NCBI GenBank assembly: GCA_001786745.1
Contig: MFTF01000018.1
Coordinates: 23,577 to 87,576 of the forward strand
Source of the DNA: Candidatus Nomurabacteria bacterium RIFCSPHIGHO2_01_FULL_36_23
Lineage (GTDB): Bacteria; Patescibacteriota; Minisyncoccia; Phycocordibacterales; UBA9973
Length of the DNA stretch: 64,000 bases
Direction: 5' to 3'
The number at the start of each line of letters is the position of its first letter. The first letter of the stretch is position 1. The notes under the pieces are model-generated. The model made no database searches and had not been told where the DNA came from. It saw nothing but the letters and a program-made list of their open reading frames with translations. Below, piece by piece: positions 9,574-18,611 of this stretch. Both the position numbers and the translations under genes were made by a program.

Positions 9574-11044
9574 AATTTTTTATGTAATATGTTTCGGTTT
9601 TGTGTTTGGAGTACTTTTTCGTTCTTTTATTTTTGTGAATCTTTTTGTGGCGATATTTTTAGGTGTTATTGCGTTGGCTCTCATTTTGTTTTTTGACTTA
9701 ATTTCTAAAAACAAATGGGGAGTTATCACTGGAGTTTTTATATTGGCAATTTCACTGGGGATTTTGAGATTTCATGTAACAGACAGACTCGCGCCAGATA
9801 TTTTTGAATCACAAGTTAACCAACAGGTTTCTTTTTCTGGGAAGATAGTAGATGAATCAGATATCAGGGAAAATAATCAGAAATTAACTGTTGAAACTAT
9901 GAAAAATGACGAAAAAATTAAGATTTTAATAACCACCAATTTTAGTGAAAGTTTTAGATATGGCGATGAAATAAATTTCTCTGGTAAATTGGAAAAGCCG
10001 GGAAATTTTATCACTGATCAAGGAAAAGAATTTGATTATATAAATTATTTAAGAAAAGACGGCATTTATTACATAATGAATTACGTAAATGTTGAAATAA
10101 TTTCTTACGGCAATGGAAATTTTATAAAAAGTGCTCTATTTTCTGTTAAAGAAAAGTTTTTAGAAAAAATGAATTTTGTCATGGCAAGCCCGGAAAATCT
10201 CCTTATGGGCGGGTTAATTTTAGGAGAGAAATCTTCTTTCAGTCAAGATTTAAGGCAAAGTTTCGTTGATACTGGCACGATACATATCGTCGCGCTTTCT
10301 GGATATAATATTACGATAGTTGCTGAATGGTTTATGAAATTGTTCAGTTTTTTGCCGAAAAATCTCGGTATTGGAATGGGTATTTTAGCAATTTTACTTT
10401 TTATATTAATGACTGGGGGGAGTTCTACGGCAGTACGGGCGGGTATAATGGCAACCTTAGCATTAATTGCTCGCGCGACTGGCAGAAATTATGATGTCGC
10501 GCGGGCTCTCATTCTGGCGGGTATTTTTATGATTCTTTTTAATCCATTTATTCTTGTTTATGATGTTTCATTTCAACTTTCTTTTATTGCCACTGTCGCT
10601 GTGATATTCTTGGCGCCAAAAATTGAAAAACATTTTTTGTGGGTTACCACTCGTTTTGAATTACGAGACATCATATCGGTAACTTGCGCTGCTTATGTTC
10701 TTGTTTTACCTTTTATTCTTTACAAAATGGGCAATCTTTCTTTGGTTGCGTTACCGGCAAATATTTTAATCTTACCTTTCATTCCATTTACGATGCTTTT
10801 AGGATTCCTGACTGGCTTTATGGGGGTGTTTTGGTATGTATTTGCTGTTCCCTTGGGTTATATCTCATATTTATTTTTACATTACGAGCTTGGTGTTATT
10901 AATTTTTTTGCGAATATTCCTTTTGCGTCATTTTCCATTCCTAACTTTCCGCTTATACTTACACTCTTAATTTACGCCTATTTTATTTACAAACTTTTCG
11001 GCAGGAGTTTAAAAAGTTTTTTTAAACCCGAAAAGGAAATATAA
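9563..11044 (+). CDS. comEC: ComEC/Rec2 DNA-uptake channel protein, N-terminal DUF4131 plus competence (TM) domains only
   Basis: Polytopic membrane protein with a ComEC-type competence domain (HIVALSGYNI). It lacks the C-terminal metallo-beta-lactamase domain, which is encoded separately at 11758. Confidence 0.7.
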   Translation: MRDKIFYVICFGFVFGVLFRSFIFVNLFVAIFLGVIALALILFFDLISKNKWGVITGVFILAISLGILRFHVTDRLAPDIFESQVNQQVSFSGKIVDESDIRENNQKLTVETMKNDEKIKILITTNFSESFRYGDEINFSGKLEKPGNFITDQGKEFDYINYLRKDGIYYIMNYVNVEIISYGNGNFIKSALFSVKEKFLEKMNFVMASPENLLMGGLILGEKSSFSQDLRQSFVDTGTIHIVALSGYNITIVAEWFMKLFSFLPKNLGIGMGILAILLFILMTGGSSTAVRAGIMATLALIARATGRNYDVARALILAGIFMILFNPFILVYDVSFQLSFIATVAVIFLAPKIEKHFLWVTTRFELRDIISVTCAAYVLVLPFILYKMGNLSLVALPANILILPFIPFTMLLGFLTGFMGVFWYVFAVPLGYISYLFLHYELGVINFFANIPFASFSIPNFPLILTLLIYAYFIYKLFGRSLKSFFKPEKEI

Positions 11045-11103
11045 AAATTTTCTTGTGGGCAATACAGTAGCTTCCCACTGCGAAAACTTTTATATTTCCT
11101 TTT

Positions 11104-11697
11104 CTATTTTACTTCTATAAAATTTTTTTCCGCAACTTCCCAATTTAAATTTTCAAAAAATATTTCTATATATTGTTTTTTACCGCTTGGCTGAAAATCA
11201 AAAACAAAAGCATGTTCCCACATATCTAAAGCTAAAACAAGTGTACAATCCTGAAGTTGACCCAAATGCTGTTCATCTACCCATGCGTTTAATAATCTAT
11301 TTTCTTTTCTATCAAAATAAAGCATTACCCAGCCGATACCTCTTGTTGTCGCAATTGTTTTAAACAATGTAAGCCATTTGTCAAATGACCCCCATTCTAA
11401 CGATATGGCTTTTTTTAATTCGCTATTTTCTTTTAGTGTGTTGGCTTTACCCGATAGTGAATTGAAATAAACTTCATGGTTTCGCATACCATTATATTCA
11501 AATCCAAATCTTTTTTGCAGTCCGCTTAAGATATCCATATTTTTTTCCGCATCTACCGATAATTCTTCTATTTTAGACAAAACAAGATTTGCATGATTTA
11601 CATAACCAATATACAATTTCAAATGCTCTTCTATATTTTTAGCCGAAATGCCTTTAAGCGGTCCAATATTAAATTTCATTTCTTCAAATTTTTTCAT
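11104..11697 (-). CDS. sodA: Fe/Mn superoxide dismutase
   Basis: C-terminal ligand motif LDMWEHAFVFDFQ and second ligand region RNHEVYF are present. The N-terminal His-rich motif is partly divergent (EEHLKLY). Confidence 0.75.
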   Translation of the reverse strand: MKKFEEMKFNIGPLKGISAKNIEEHLKLYIGYVNHANLVLSKIEELSVDAEKNMDILSGLQKRFGFEYNGMRNHEVYFNSLSGKANTLKENSELKKAISLEWGSFDKWLTLFKTIATTRGIGWVMLYFDRKENRLLNAWVDEQHLGQLQDCTLVLALDMWEHAFVFDFQPSGKKQYIEIFFENLNWEVAEKNFIEVK

Positions 11698-11757
11698 GGT
11701 TCGGTCTTACTCACCATGACCCTGATTATTTTAGAAGGGTCATGCTAGTATTATAAC

Positions 11758-12627
11758 ATGACCCCAAAACGCCAGAAGTATGGTTTGTTAATATCAGTTT
11801 TCATTCTCGTAATTATAAATATTTTCCTTTTTCGCCTTGATTTACAAAGCTCTAACAGAGGTCTTACCTTTGCCATGCTGGACATAGGACAAGGCGATAG
11901 TCTTTTTATAGAGTCGCCAACGGGAACACAAATATTAGTAGATAGCGGTTCACCCAGAAAAATTTTAAGTCAGCTTGCTCGAGTAATGTCACCATTTGAT
12001 AGGAGCATAGATGCCATTATTATAACCAATCCAGACCAAGACCATATCGCTGGATTTTTAGATGTTTTAAAAGTTTACAAAGTAGATAAGGTGTTTGAGT
12101 CGGGCACTCTGAATGATTCCAAAACTTATCAAAATCTTGAAGCAGAAATAAAAAATAAAAACATTCCAAATATCTTAGCGAAAAAGGGGATGCGTCTAAA
12201 TATCGGCGGCGGCGCAAGGATTGATATTTTATTTCCCGATAGAGATGTTTTTGATTGGTCCCCAAATGATGGCTCAATTGTCGCGAAGTTAACTTATGGC
12301 AAAACCTTGGTGATGCTTACTGGTGATGCCACCACCAAAACAGAAAAAATAATTCTTGATAAAAATTCTCCGGCGCAACTCGCAAGTACTATTTTAAAAG
12401 TCGGACATCATGGTTCCCGCACTTCTACTTCTACCGAATTTGTGAAAGCCGTTTCGCCCGTATATGCTGTTATATCCAATGGCAAAGACAACAAATATGG
12501 TCATCCGCATCAAGATACGTTGGATGTCCTTTCTTTATTTGGCGCAAAGATTTTTAGAACCGATTTGCTGGGCACGATAATTATGAAATCCAATGGTGAA
12601 AAAGAAACTTTTAGTTTTCATAAATAA
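11758..12627 (+). CDS. ComEC-type metallo-beta-lactamase domain protein (stand-alone ComEC C-terminal domain with an N-terminal TM anchor)
   Basis: Motif MLDIGQGDSLFIESPTGTQILVDSG and the HxHxDH-type NPDQDHIAG, plus an N-terminal hydrophobic helix. Confidence 0.65.
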   Translation: MTPKRQKYGLLISVFILVIINIFLFRLDLQSSNRGLTFAMLDIGQGDSLFIESPTGTQILVDSGSPRKILSQLARVMSPFDRSIDAIIITNPDQDHIAGFLDVLKVYKVDKVFESGTLNDSKTYQNLEAEIKNKNIPNILAKKGMRLNIGGGARIDILFPDRDVFDWSPNDGSIVAKLTYGKTLVMLTGDATTKTEKIILDKNSPAQLASTILKVGHHGSRTSTSTEFVKAVSPVYAVISNGKDNKYGHPHQDTLDVLSLFGAKIFRTDLLGTIIMKSNGEKETFSFHK

Positions 12628-12688
12628 TAAAATTTTTTAATCAAAAAGAGTTTTGTGTAAGTAAAACAATATATGATACAATAAAATT

Positions 12689-13933
12689 ATGCGAGATAAA
12701 AATGTCGAGAAATTGATAAAAGGTGAAGAGAAAAGACAAGCAGAAGGGTTGGAATTAATCCCATCCGAGAACTATGTGTCGGAAGATGTTTTAAAAGCGA
12801 ATGGCTCTGTTTTTACCAATAAATATTCTGAAGGATATCCAGGACGTAGATATTATGGCGGACAGGAATTTACTGATCAAGTGGAACGTTTGGCCATAGA
12901 ACGTGTGTGTAAACTTTTTAAATGTAAATTTGCCAATGTGCAACCGCACTCTGGCGCTCCAGCCAATTTAGCTGTATATGCCGCGCTTCTTGAACCCGGA
13001 GATACTGTTTTAGGAATGGATCTTTCGCATGGAGGGCATTTGACTCATGGACACCCGATGACTCTTCCGGCCAAAATTTATAACTTTGTCAGATATAAAA
13101 TGAAAAATTCCAAAACTGGGGAAATTGATTATGAAGATTTACGCAAAATAGCGATAGAAAAAAAGCCGAAAATAATTTTGGCTGGATTTTCGGCCTATTC
13201 GCGCACCCTCAATTATAAAAAATTTGTAGAAATTGCTCACGAAGTGGGCGCTGTCACTATGGCGGATATGGCGCACATTGCCGGACTTATAGTCGCTGGC
13301 GTACTGCGCAATCCATTTGACGATGGTTTTGACATTATCACTTCCACTACCCACAAAACGCTTCGCGGTCCGCGCGGAGGAATAATTCTTACTCGCGAGA
13401 ATGAAGAAATTGCCAAGAAAATTGATAAATCAATTTTCCCCGGAATTCAAGGCGGACCGCATATGCACACTATCGCCGCCAAAGCTGTTGCTTTCGGAGA
13501 AGCGATGACGCCCAAATTTAAAAAATACGCCCAACAAATTTTAAAAAATGCCAAAGCAATGGAAGAAGTCTTTCACAAGAACAAAATTCGCATGATAGGT
13601 GGGGGCACGGATAATCATCTTATTTTAGCCGATGTTTTTGGGTCTCTTGGCGTGACAGGTAAAGAAGCGCAGACAGTGCTAGACGAAGTGGGTATAACTC
13701 TTAATATGAATATGATTGCTGACGATACAAGGAAACCTCTAGATCCTTCAGGAATTAGGTTTGGCACTCCGGCCATCACTACGCGCGGTTTCAAAGAAAA
13801 AGAATGCAAACAGGTTGCAGAGCTCATGATTCTAGTCCTAAAAAATAAAGATAATAAAAAAACAAAAGAAGCTGTGCGCAAAGAAATAAAATCTCTGGCA
13901 AAAAAGTTTCCGATACCAAAAAAGTTCGTGTAA
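12689..13933 (+). CDS. glyA: Serine hydroxymethyltransferase
   Basis: Motifs LELIPSENYVS, SHGGHLTHG and the PLP lysine region TTHKTLRGPRGG are present. Confidence 0.9.
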   Translation: MRDKNVEKLIKGEEKRQAEGLELIPSENYVSEDVLKANGSVFTNKYSEGYPGRRYYGGQEFTDQVERLAIERVCKLFKCKFANVQPHSGAPANLAVYAALLEPGDTVLGMDLSHGGHLTHGHPMTLPAKIYNFVRYKMKNSKTGEIDYEDLRKIAIEKKPKIILAGFSAYSRTLNYKKFVEIAHEVGAVTMADMAHIAGLIVAGVLRNPFDDGFDIITSTTHKTLRGPRGGIILTRENEEIAKKIDKSIFPGIQGGPHMHTIAAKAVAFGEAMTPKFKKYAQQILKNAKAMEEVFHKNKIRMIGGGTDNHLILADVFGSLGVTGKEAQTVLDEVGITLNMNMIADDTRKPLDPSGIRFGTPAITTRGFKEKECKQVAELMILVLKNKDNKKTKEAVRKEIKSLAKKFPIPKKFV

Positions 13934-13977
13934 AATCATAATTTTCAATTTCGGATTTTTTCTGCTATATTTTATAA

Positions 13978-14682
13978 ATGGTCAAAGGAAATAAACGAGG
14001 CAAACTCATAGTTATAGACGGCACGGATGGGAGTGGAAAGGCGACCCAGACCGAACTTCTAGTGAAGGCTCTGAAGAATGAAGGGCGGAAAGTTAAAATT
14101 ATTGATTTTCCTGAATATTACGCTAATTTTTTCGGAAAATTCATCGGGCACTGTCTTTCTGAACAGTATTATAACTTTGTAAAAGTACATCCGAAGATTG
14201 CTTCTATACTTTATGCGGCGGACCGCCTTGAGTCAAAAGATAAAATTAAAAAATGGTTAAAAAACGGCTATATCGTTGTTGCCAATAGGTATGCGAGCGC
14301 CAATCAAATTCACCAAGGCGGAAAAATTGTAAATACAAAAAAGAGGGAAGCATTTATCAGATGGCTGGCAGAAATGGAATACAAAGTTTTTAAAATTCCG
14401 AAGCCAGATGTCGTGTTTTACTTAAGTGTGCCTATTCCGATTGTGTTAAAATTAATTACCGAGCGGAATAAAAATAAAAATAGAAATTATTTGGGCAAGA
14501 AAAAAGATGTGCATGAGAAAGATGTAAAATTTCTAGAAAATTCTCGCCAAAGCGCGCTCTGGCTCACCAAGACACAAAAAGGTTGGATTAAAATTGAATG
14601 TGTAAAAAACGGGAAGCTTGATACTCGTGAAAATATTCATAATAAAATTTATGAAAAAATTAAAAAAATCATCAAAAAATAA
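13978..14682 (+). CDS. tmk: Thymidylate (dTMP) kinase-like P-loop kinase
   Basis: P-loop LIVIDGTDGSGKATQ and a DR(Y/L)-type motif YAADRLES are present. Confidence 0.65.
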   Translation: MVKGNKRGKLIVIDGTDGSGKATQTELLVKALKNEGRKVKIIDFPEYYANFFGKFIGHCLSEQYYNFVKVHPKIASILYAADRLESKDKIKKWLKNGYIVVANRYASANQIHQGGKIVNTKKREAFIRWLAEMEYKVFKIPKPDVVFYLSVPIPIVLKLITERNKNKNRNYLGKKKDVHEKDVKFLENSRQSALWLTKTQKGWIKIECVKNGKLDTRENIHNKIYEKIKKIIKK

Positions 14683-15238
14683 AAAACCCGTAGTTATTTT
14701 TATTTATGGACAAATTGCAGTAGGGAAGCTTACTGTAGCAAAAATTTTAAGTAAAAAACTTGGATATAAGTTAACGCACAACCATTCATTAAATGATTTT
14801 GTTGATGAAGTATTTACTCGAGGTATGAATGCTCATAATTCAATAATTGAAAAAATAAGATATGACTTGTTAGAAAATGCAGTTAAAGCAAAAATTAATT
14901 TTGTCACTACTCATTGCTATGCACATAATTTTGTTTCTACCACTGGGCTTTCAGATTCTAAATATGTTGAAACATTAGAGAAAAAACTTACAAAATTGGG
15001 TGCAGGATTTTATCCTATTCAGCTTAAAGCTACTGATGAGGAATTATTGCGTAGAGTAAATGCGGATTCTCGCAAAGCATTTAAAAAATTAAAAGACAAA
15101 AAAATTATGAGAGAGTTAACACTCCAACACGATTGGCAAACTTCTCCCAAATTAAAAAATAATCTTATAATTGACAATACTAATCTTTCTCCCAAAAAAG
15201 TTGCACAAATGATTATTAAACATTTCAAACTGAACTAA
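14618..15238 (+). CDS. P-loop NTPase or kinase-like protein with a deviant Walker A
   Basis: Motif IYGQIAVGKLTVAKIL is GxxxxGK followed by L instead of S/T. The likely start is the internal Met at 14651. It overlaps the tmk 3' end. Confidence 0.4.
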   Translation: MILVKIFIIKFMKKLKKSSKNKKPVVIFIYGQIAVGKLTVAKILSKKLGYKLTHNHSLNDFVDEVFTRGMNAHNSIIEKIRYDLLENAVKAKINFVTTHCYAHNFVSTTGLSDSKYVETLEKKLTKLGAGFYPIQLKATDEELLRRVNADSRKAFKKLKDKKIMRELTLQHDWQTSPKLKNNLIIDNTNLSPKKVAQMIIKHFKLN

Positions 15239-15248
15239 AAAACCTATT

Positions 15249-15282
15249 TAGCATTAATAAGCGGTCGCACACTATTGCTAAA
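15249..15282. repeat. 34-nt palindrome-containing direct repeat, copy A (tagcattaataagcggtcgcacactattgctaaa); abuts the stop codon of the 15283-15846 gene
   Basis: 32/34 identical to 15857-15890. It contains the outer inverted repeat TAGCATTA/TAATGCTA. Confidence 0.85.
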
Positions 15283-15846
15283 CTAGCATAAGTTAAATTT
15301 CTTCATTAAATGCAGTTCATTGTCTATTTTATCAGCAAGAACGAATCGCACATACCTCCTGGCATTATAAAGCTCCAAAATAAATTCAATTTCATTATCG
15401 CAAGGATAAGGGAAAACCAATACAGATTTTTGAAGTTCAATGAGACCTATTTCTCGAAAATGAAAACGCAAAGAGTCACGTAACCTTTTTAATTTCTCAG
15501 GAATATCAAACATCACTATACGCCATTTCTTGTCCCATTTTGTCGGTTTTTTAATCCCCATTTTATCAATGTTAAATTTAAGAGCTTTTTGTTTTCCTTC
15601 TTTGTTTAAAATAAGAATAGTTGTTCCGTCTTTGTGATATTGTTCTTTAACTAAATGAGAAGTATATAAAGAATTGATGGCTCTCTGTAATGCTTGACGA
15701 TTTTCTTTCTCCCATTCTTTTGGTATTTGTTTCAAAATCCACAGCTGTTTCCTGGCTGATTTAGTTAGGCCAAGTGCAAGACCGGCAAGTAAAAGTAAAA
15801 GCACTTTCCTTTTTAGATTTCCTATTCTTGGCATGTTGTGTCCCAT
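15283..15846 (-). CDS. Hypothetical DNA-binding protein, family member 1: N-terminal winged-helix-like region plus C-terminal Cas2/VapD-like motif
   Basis: C-terminal motif WRIVMFDIPEKLKRLRDSLRFHFREIGLIELQKSVLVFPYP...RYVRFVLAD is shared with ORFs at 23442 and 28481. The gene is bracketed by 34-nt repeats. Confidence 0.6.
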   Translation of the reverse strand: MGHNMPRIGNLKRKVLLLLLAGLALGLTKSARKQLWILKQIPKEWEKENRQALQRAINSLYTSHLVKEQYHKDGTTILILNKEGKQKALKFNIDKMGIKKPTKWDKKWRIVMFDIPEKLKRLRDSLRFHFREIGLIELQKSVLVFPYPCDNEIEFILELYNARRYVRFVLADKIDNELHLMKKFNLC

Positions 15847-15856
15847 CTGCTTATTA

Positions 15857-15890
15857 TAGCATTAATAAGCGGTCGCATACTAATGCTAAA
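15857..15890. repeat. 34-nt palindrome-containing direct repeat, copy B (tagcattaataagcggtcgcatactaatgctaaa); 10 nt upstream of the start codon of the 15283-15846 gene
   Basis: Direct repeat of 15249-15282. Perfect 8-bp inverted termini with a 16-nt spacer. Confidence 0.85.
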
Positions 15891-15918
15891 TTGGTTTTTG
15901 CGTGGAAAAGATATATAA

Positions 15919-16434
15919 TTGAATAACAATATGAAAATTCCCATTGTTGATGAACAAGATAATTTTTTATATTATAAAGATCCCAAAGAACGTGATCCGC
16001 GCAAGGAAATTACGCGGGGCTCTGTTCTATGGGTTGTGAATGAAAGAGGAAAAATATTGGTGGCTAAACGTTCAAAAAACAAAGAACACTTCCCGAATAT
16101 TTGGGGACCTTCAGTTGCTGGGTCCCTTGAAGAAAATGAATCTTATAGGGACAATCTCATCAAGGAGGCAAAAGAAGAGATAGGGGTTAATTTAGATACA
16201 ATTATATTAGGCTCTAAAATAAGAGAATCCGATGATCACGAATATTTTAGTCAATACTTTTTTACTAAAATTTCTTCAAATACAAAATTTACTCTTCAAG
16301 AATCAGAAGTTGATGAAGTACACTGGGTTTCCCTAAAACAATTAAAAAATTGGTATCGTAAAAATCCAGAAGAATTTCTGCCCACTTTTAGCGGAAGTTT
16401 AAAAATTATTGAAAATTATGAAAATCAGAGTTAA
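15919..16434 (+). CDS. Nudix hydrolase (IDI/MutT-like)
   Basis: Nudix box GSLEENESYRDNLIKEAKEEIGV. Confidence 0.75.
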   Translation: MNNNMKIPIVDEQDNFLYYKDPKERDPRKEITRGSVLWVVNERGKILVAKRSKNKEHFPNIWGPSVAGSLEENESYRDNLIKEAKEEIGVNLDTIILGSKIRESDDHEYFSQYFFTKISSNTKFTLQESEVDEVHWVSLKQLKNWYRKNPEEFLPTFSGSLKIIENYENQS

Positions 16435-16840
16435 AAAATTAAATAAAAATGCAAAATTGCCGAAATACCATCACCCAGGGGATATAGGGATGGATTTGTA
16501 TGCGATGGAGACAATCACCGTAAAACCTGGTGAGCATCATCGTTTTTGGCATGGGTTTGCTCTTGAGTTTCCAGAGGGCTATGGAGGGATTATAATGGAT
16601 AAGGGGAGCATTTCTAAGGCAGGTCTGCACCATATGGGTGGAGTTTATGATGCGGGCTATAGGGGCGAATACAATACACTTTTAGTAAACTTATCCGATA
16701 AGCCGTATGTTTTTGAAGAAGGGGACAAAGTCTCCCAGCTCATCATAATGCCCGTAGTAATTGGAGAGTTGGAAGAAACTGATACATTAAAAGAATCTGC
16801 CCGAGGAGAAGGAAAATTTGGGAGCACTGGCAAAAAATAA
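16409..16840 (+). CDS. dut: dUTP diphosphatase
   Basis: Motifs KLPKYHHPGDIGMDLYA, GVYDAGYRGE and GKFGSTG are present. Confidence 0.85.
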   Translation: MKIMKIRVKKLNKNAKLPKYHHPGDIGMDLYAMETITVKPGEHHRFWHGFALEFPEGYGGIIMDKGSISKAGLHHMGGVYDAGYRGEYNTLLVNLSDKPYVFEEGDKVSQLIIMPVVIGELEETDTLKESARGEGKFGSTGKK

Positions 16841-18579
16841 TGCAAGACAAAATAAAAAATTTAATAAAAAATGCTCTTAAAAATCTCGGGATTGAAGGGG
16901 TAGATTTTGTTGTAAAGCATTCAGAAGATTTGAAAAACGGGGATTACTCTACAAATGTGGCTATGGTTTGCGCCAAGAAGTTAAAAAATAATCCCAAAGA
17001 GCTTGCAGAAGAAATTACTAAAGAATTGTCAAGGGGCATCCTTGACATAATAGAAAAAATAGAAACACAAGCTGGTTTTATTAATTTCTACTTATCTCGC
17101 AAATTTTTTGCCGGAAGTATTGAAGAGATTTTAAACAATAAAAATTTTGGACAAAATAAACTTTTTTCTGGCAAGAAAATTATGGTTGAGTACACTCAAC
17201 CGAATCCATTCAAGCCTTTTCATATCGGACATTTAATGAGTAACGCCATTGGTGAGTCGATTTCGAGAATTATCGAATTTTCTGGTGCAGAAATTATTCG
17301 TGCCAACTATCAAGGAGACATAGGGCTACATATTGCTAAAGCTATTTACGGACTTTTAAAAAATGAAAAATTACAAAACAAAACAATTTCTAATACTTTA
17401 CAGTCAGAAAATATTGGGCGGGCTTACTTCGGGGGCGCAGAGGCATATGAGAACAATACTAAAGCGAAAGAAGAAATAGATGTAATAAATAAAAAAATTT
17501 ATGATAAGAGTGATGAAAAAATAAATGAAATATATGACTGGGGTTTCAAAGTAACGATGGAAGCTTTTGAAGATCTGTATAAAATGCTCGGTACGAAATT
17601 CGATTTTTACTTTTTGGAAAGCCAAATGGTGGATACTGGCAGAGAGATTGTTAATGCGAATATCGGCAAAATTTTTGAGAAGTCAGATGGCACAATTGTC
17701 TTTAAAGCCGAAAAACATGATCCTAAATTGCACACTAGGGTTTTTATAACTTCTGAGAATTTGCCCACTTATGAGACGAAAGAACTTGGTTTAACTGAAG
17801 AGAAATTTAAAAGTTATCCCAATATGAATTTATCCATCGTCGTCACCGCAAATGAACAGGCGGGTTATATGCGTGTTGTCGCGAAAGCCATATCTCTGAT
17901 TCATCCAGAATACACAGACAAAATGAAACATATTACACACGGCATGATGCGCCTCGCCCATGGGGCTACGGCCGAGGGTTTTACAGATGGGAAGATGAGC
18001 TCCAGAAAAGGGAATGTGGTGACCGGTGAAACTCTTTTGAGTGAAGTCCGTGATAGCATTTTAGAAAAAATGACTGATCGAGATTTTTCCAATATTGAGC
18101 GAGAAAAAATTGCAACGGATGTTGGCGTGTCAGCAATAAAATATTCAGTACTTAGACAAGCTACTGGCGGAGACATTATTTATAATTTTGAAAAATCAAT
18201 TTCATTTGAGGGCGATTCTGGACCATATCTTCAGTATTCCTATGCTCGGGCTAATTCAATTATAGAGAAAGCGAAAAAAGAAAATATCTTGCCAGATCTG
18301 CATCCTCAAGCTTTGCTAAAAGAAATTTTTGAAGTGGAAAAATTATTGTATAGATTTCCAGAAGTTGTTCTGCGTTCTGCATCCGAATATGAACCACATT
18401 ATATTGCAAATTACCTTATAGAACTTGCGCGGGCTTTTAATAGTTTCTATGGCAACACTGTTATTGTGGATCAAAAAGATAAAACTTCACCCCACAAAGT
18501 TGCTCTTACTTTTGCTTTTACTTTCGTAATGAAAAAAGGTCTCTGCCTACTTGGCATCGAGGCGCCGGAGAAAATGTAA
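16840..18579 (+). CDS. argS: Arginyl-tRNA synthetase
   Basis: N-terminal Arg-tRNA-binding domain, HIGH region PNPFKPFHIGHLMSNAIG, and a C-terminal DALR-type anticodon domain. Confidence 0.9.
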   Translation: MQDKIKNLIKNALKNLGIEGVDFVVKHSEDLKNGDYSTNVAMVCAKKLKNNPKELAEEITKELSRGILDIIEKIETQAGFINFYLSRKFFAGSIEEILNNKNFGQNKLFSGKKIMVEYTQPNPFKPFHIGHLMSNAIGESISRIIEFSGAEIIRANYQGDIGLHIAKAIYGLLKNEKLQNKTISNTLQSENIGRAYFGGAEAYENNTKAKEEIDVINKKIYDKSDEKINEIYDWGFKVTMEAFEDLYKMLGTKFDFYFLESQMVDTGREIVNANIGKIFEKSDGTIVFKAEKHDPKLHTRVFITSENLPTYETKELGLTEEKFKSYPNMNLSIVVTANEQAGYMRVVAKAISLIHPEYTDKMKHITHGMMRLAHGATAEGFTDGKMSSRKGNVVTGETLLSEVRDSILEKMTDRDFSNIEREKIATDVGVSAIKYSVLRQATGGDIIYNFEKSISFEGDSGPYLQYSYARANSIIEKAKKENILPDLHPQALLKEIFEVEKLLYRFPEVVLRSASEYEPHYIANYLIELARAFNSFYGNTVIVDQKDKTSPHKVALTFAFTFVMKKGLCLLGIEAPEKM

Positions 18580-18611
18580 AAATATATATTTTATGTTAAA
18601 ATCAGCCAATA

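Noticed and set aside
15249-15890. REP/RAYT (REPIN) or IS200-like element.
   Set aside because: The encoded proteins lack the HuH (HxH) and catalytic Tyr motifs of Y1 transposases. The flanking repeats are direct, not inverted, with respect to each other.
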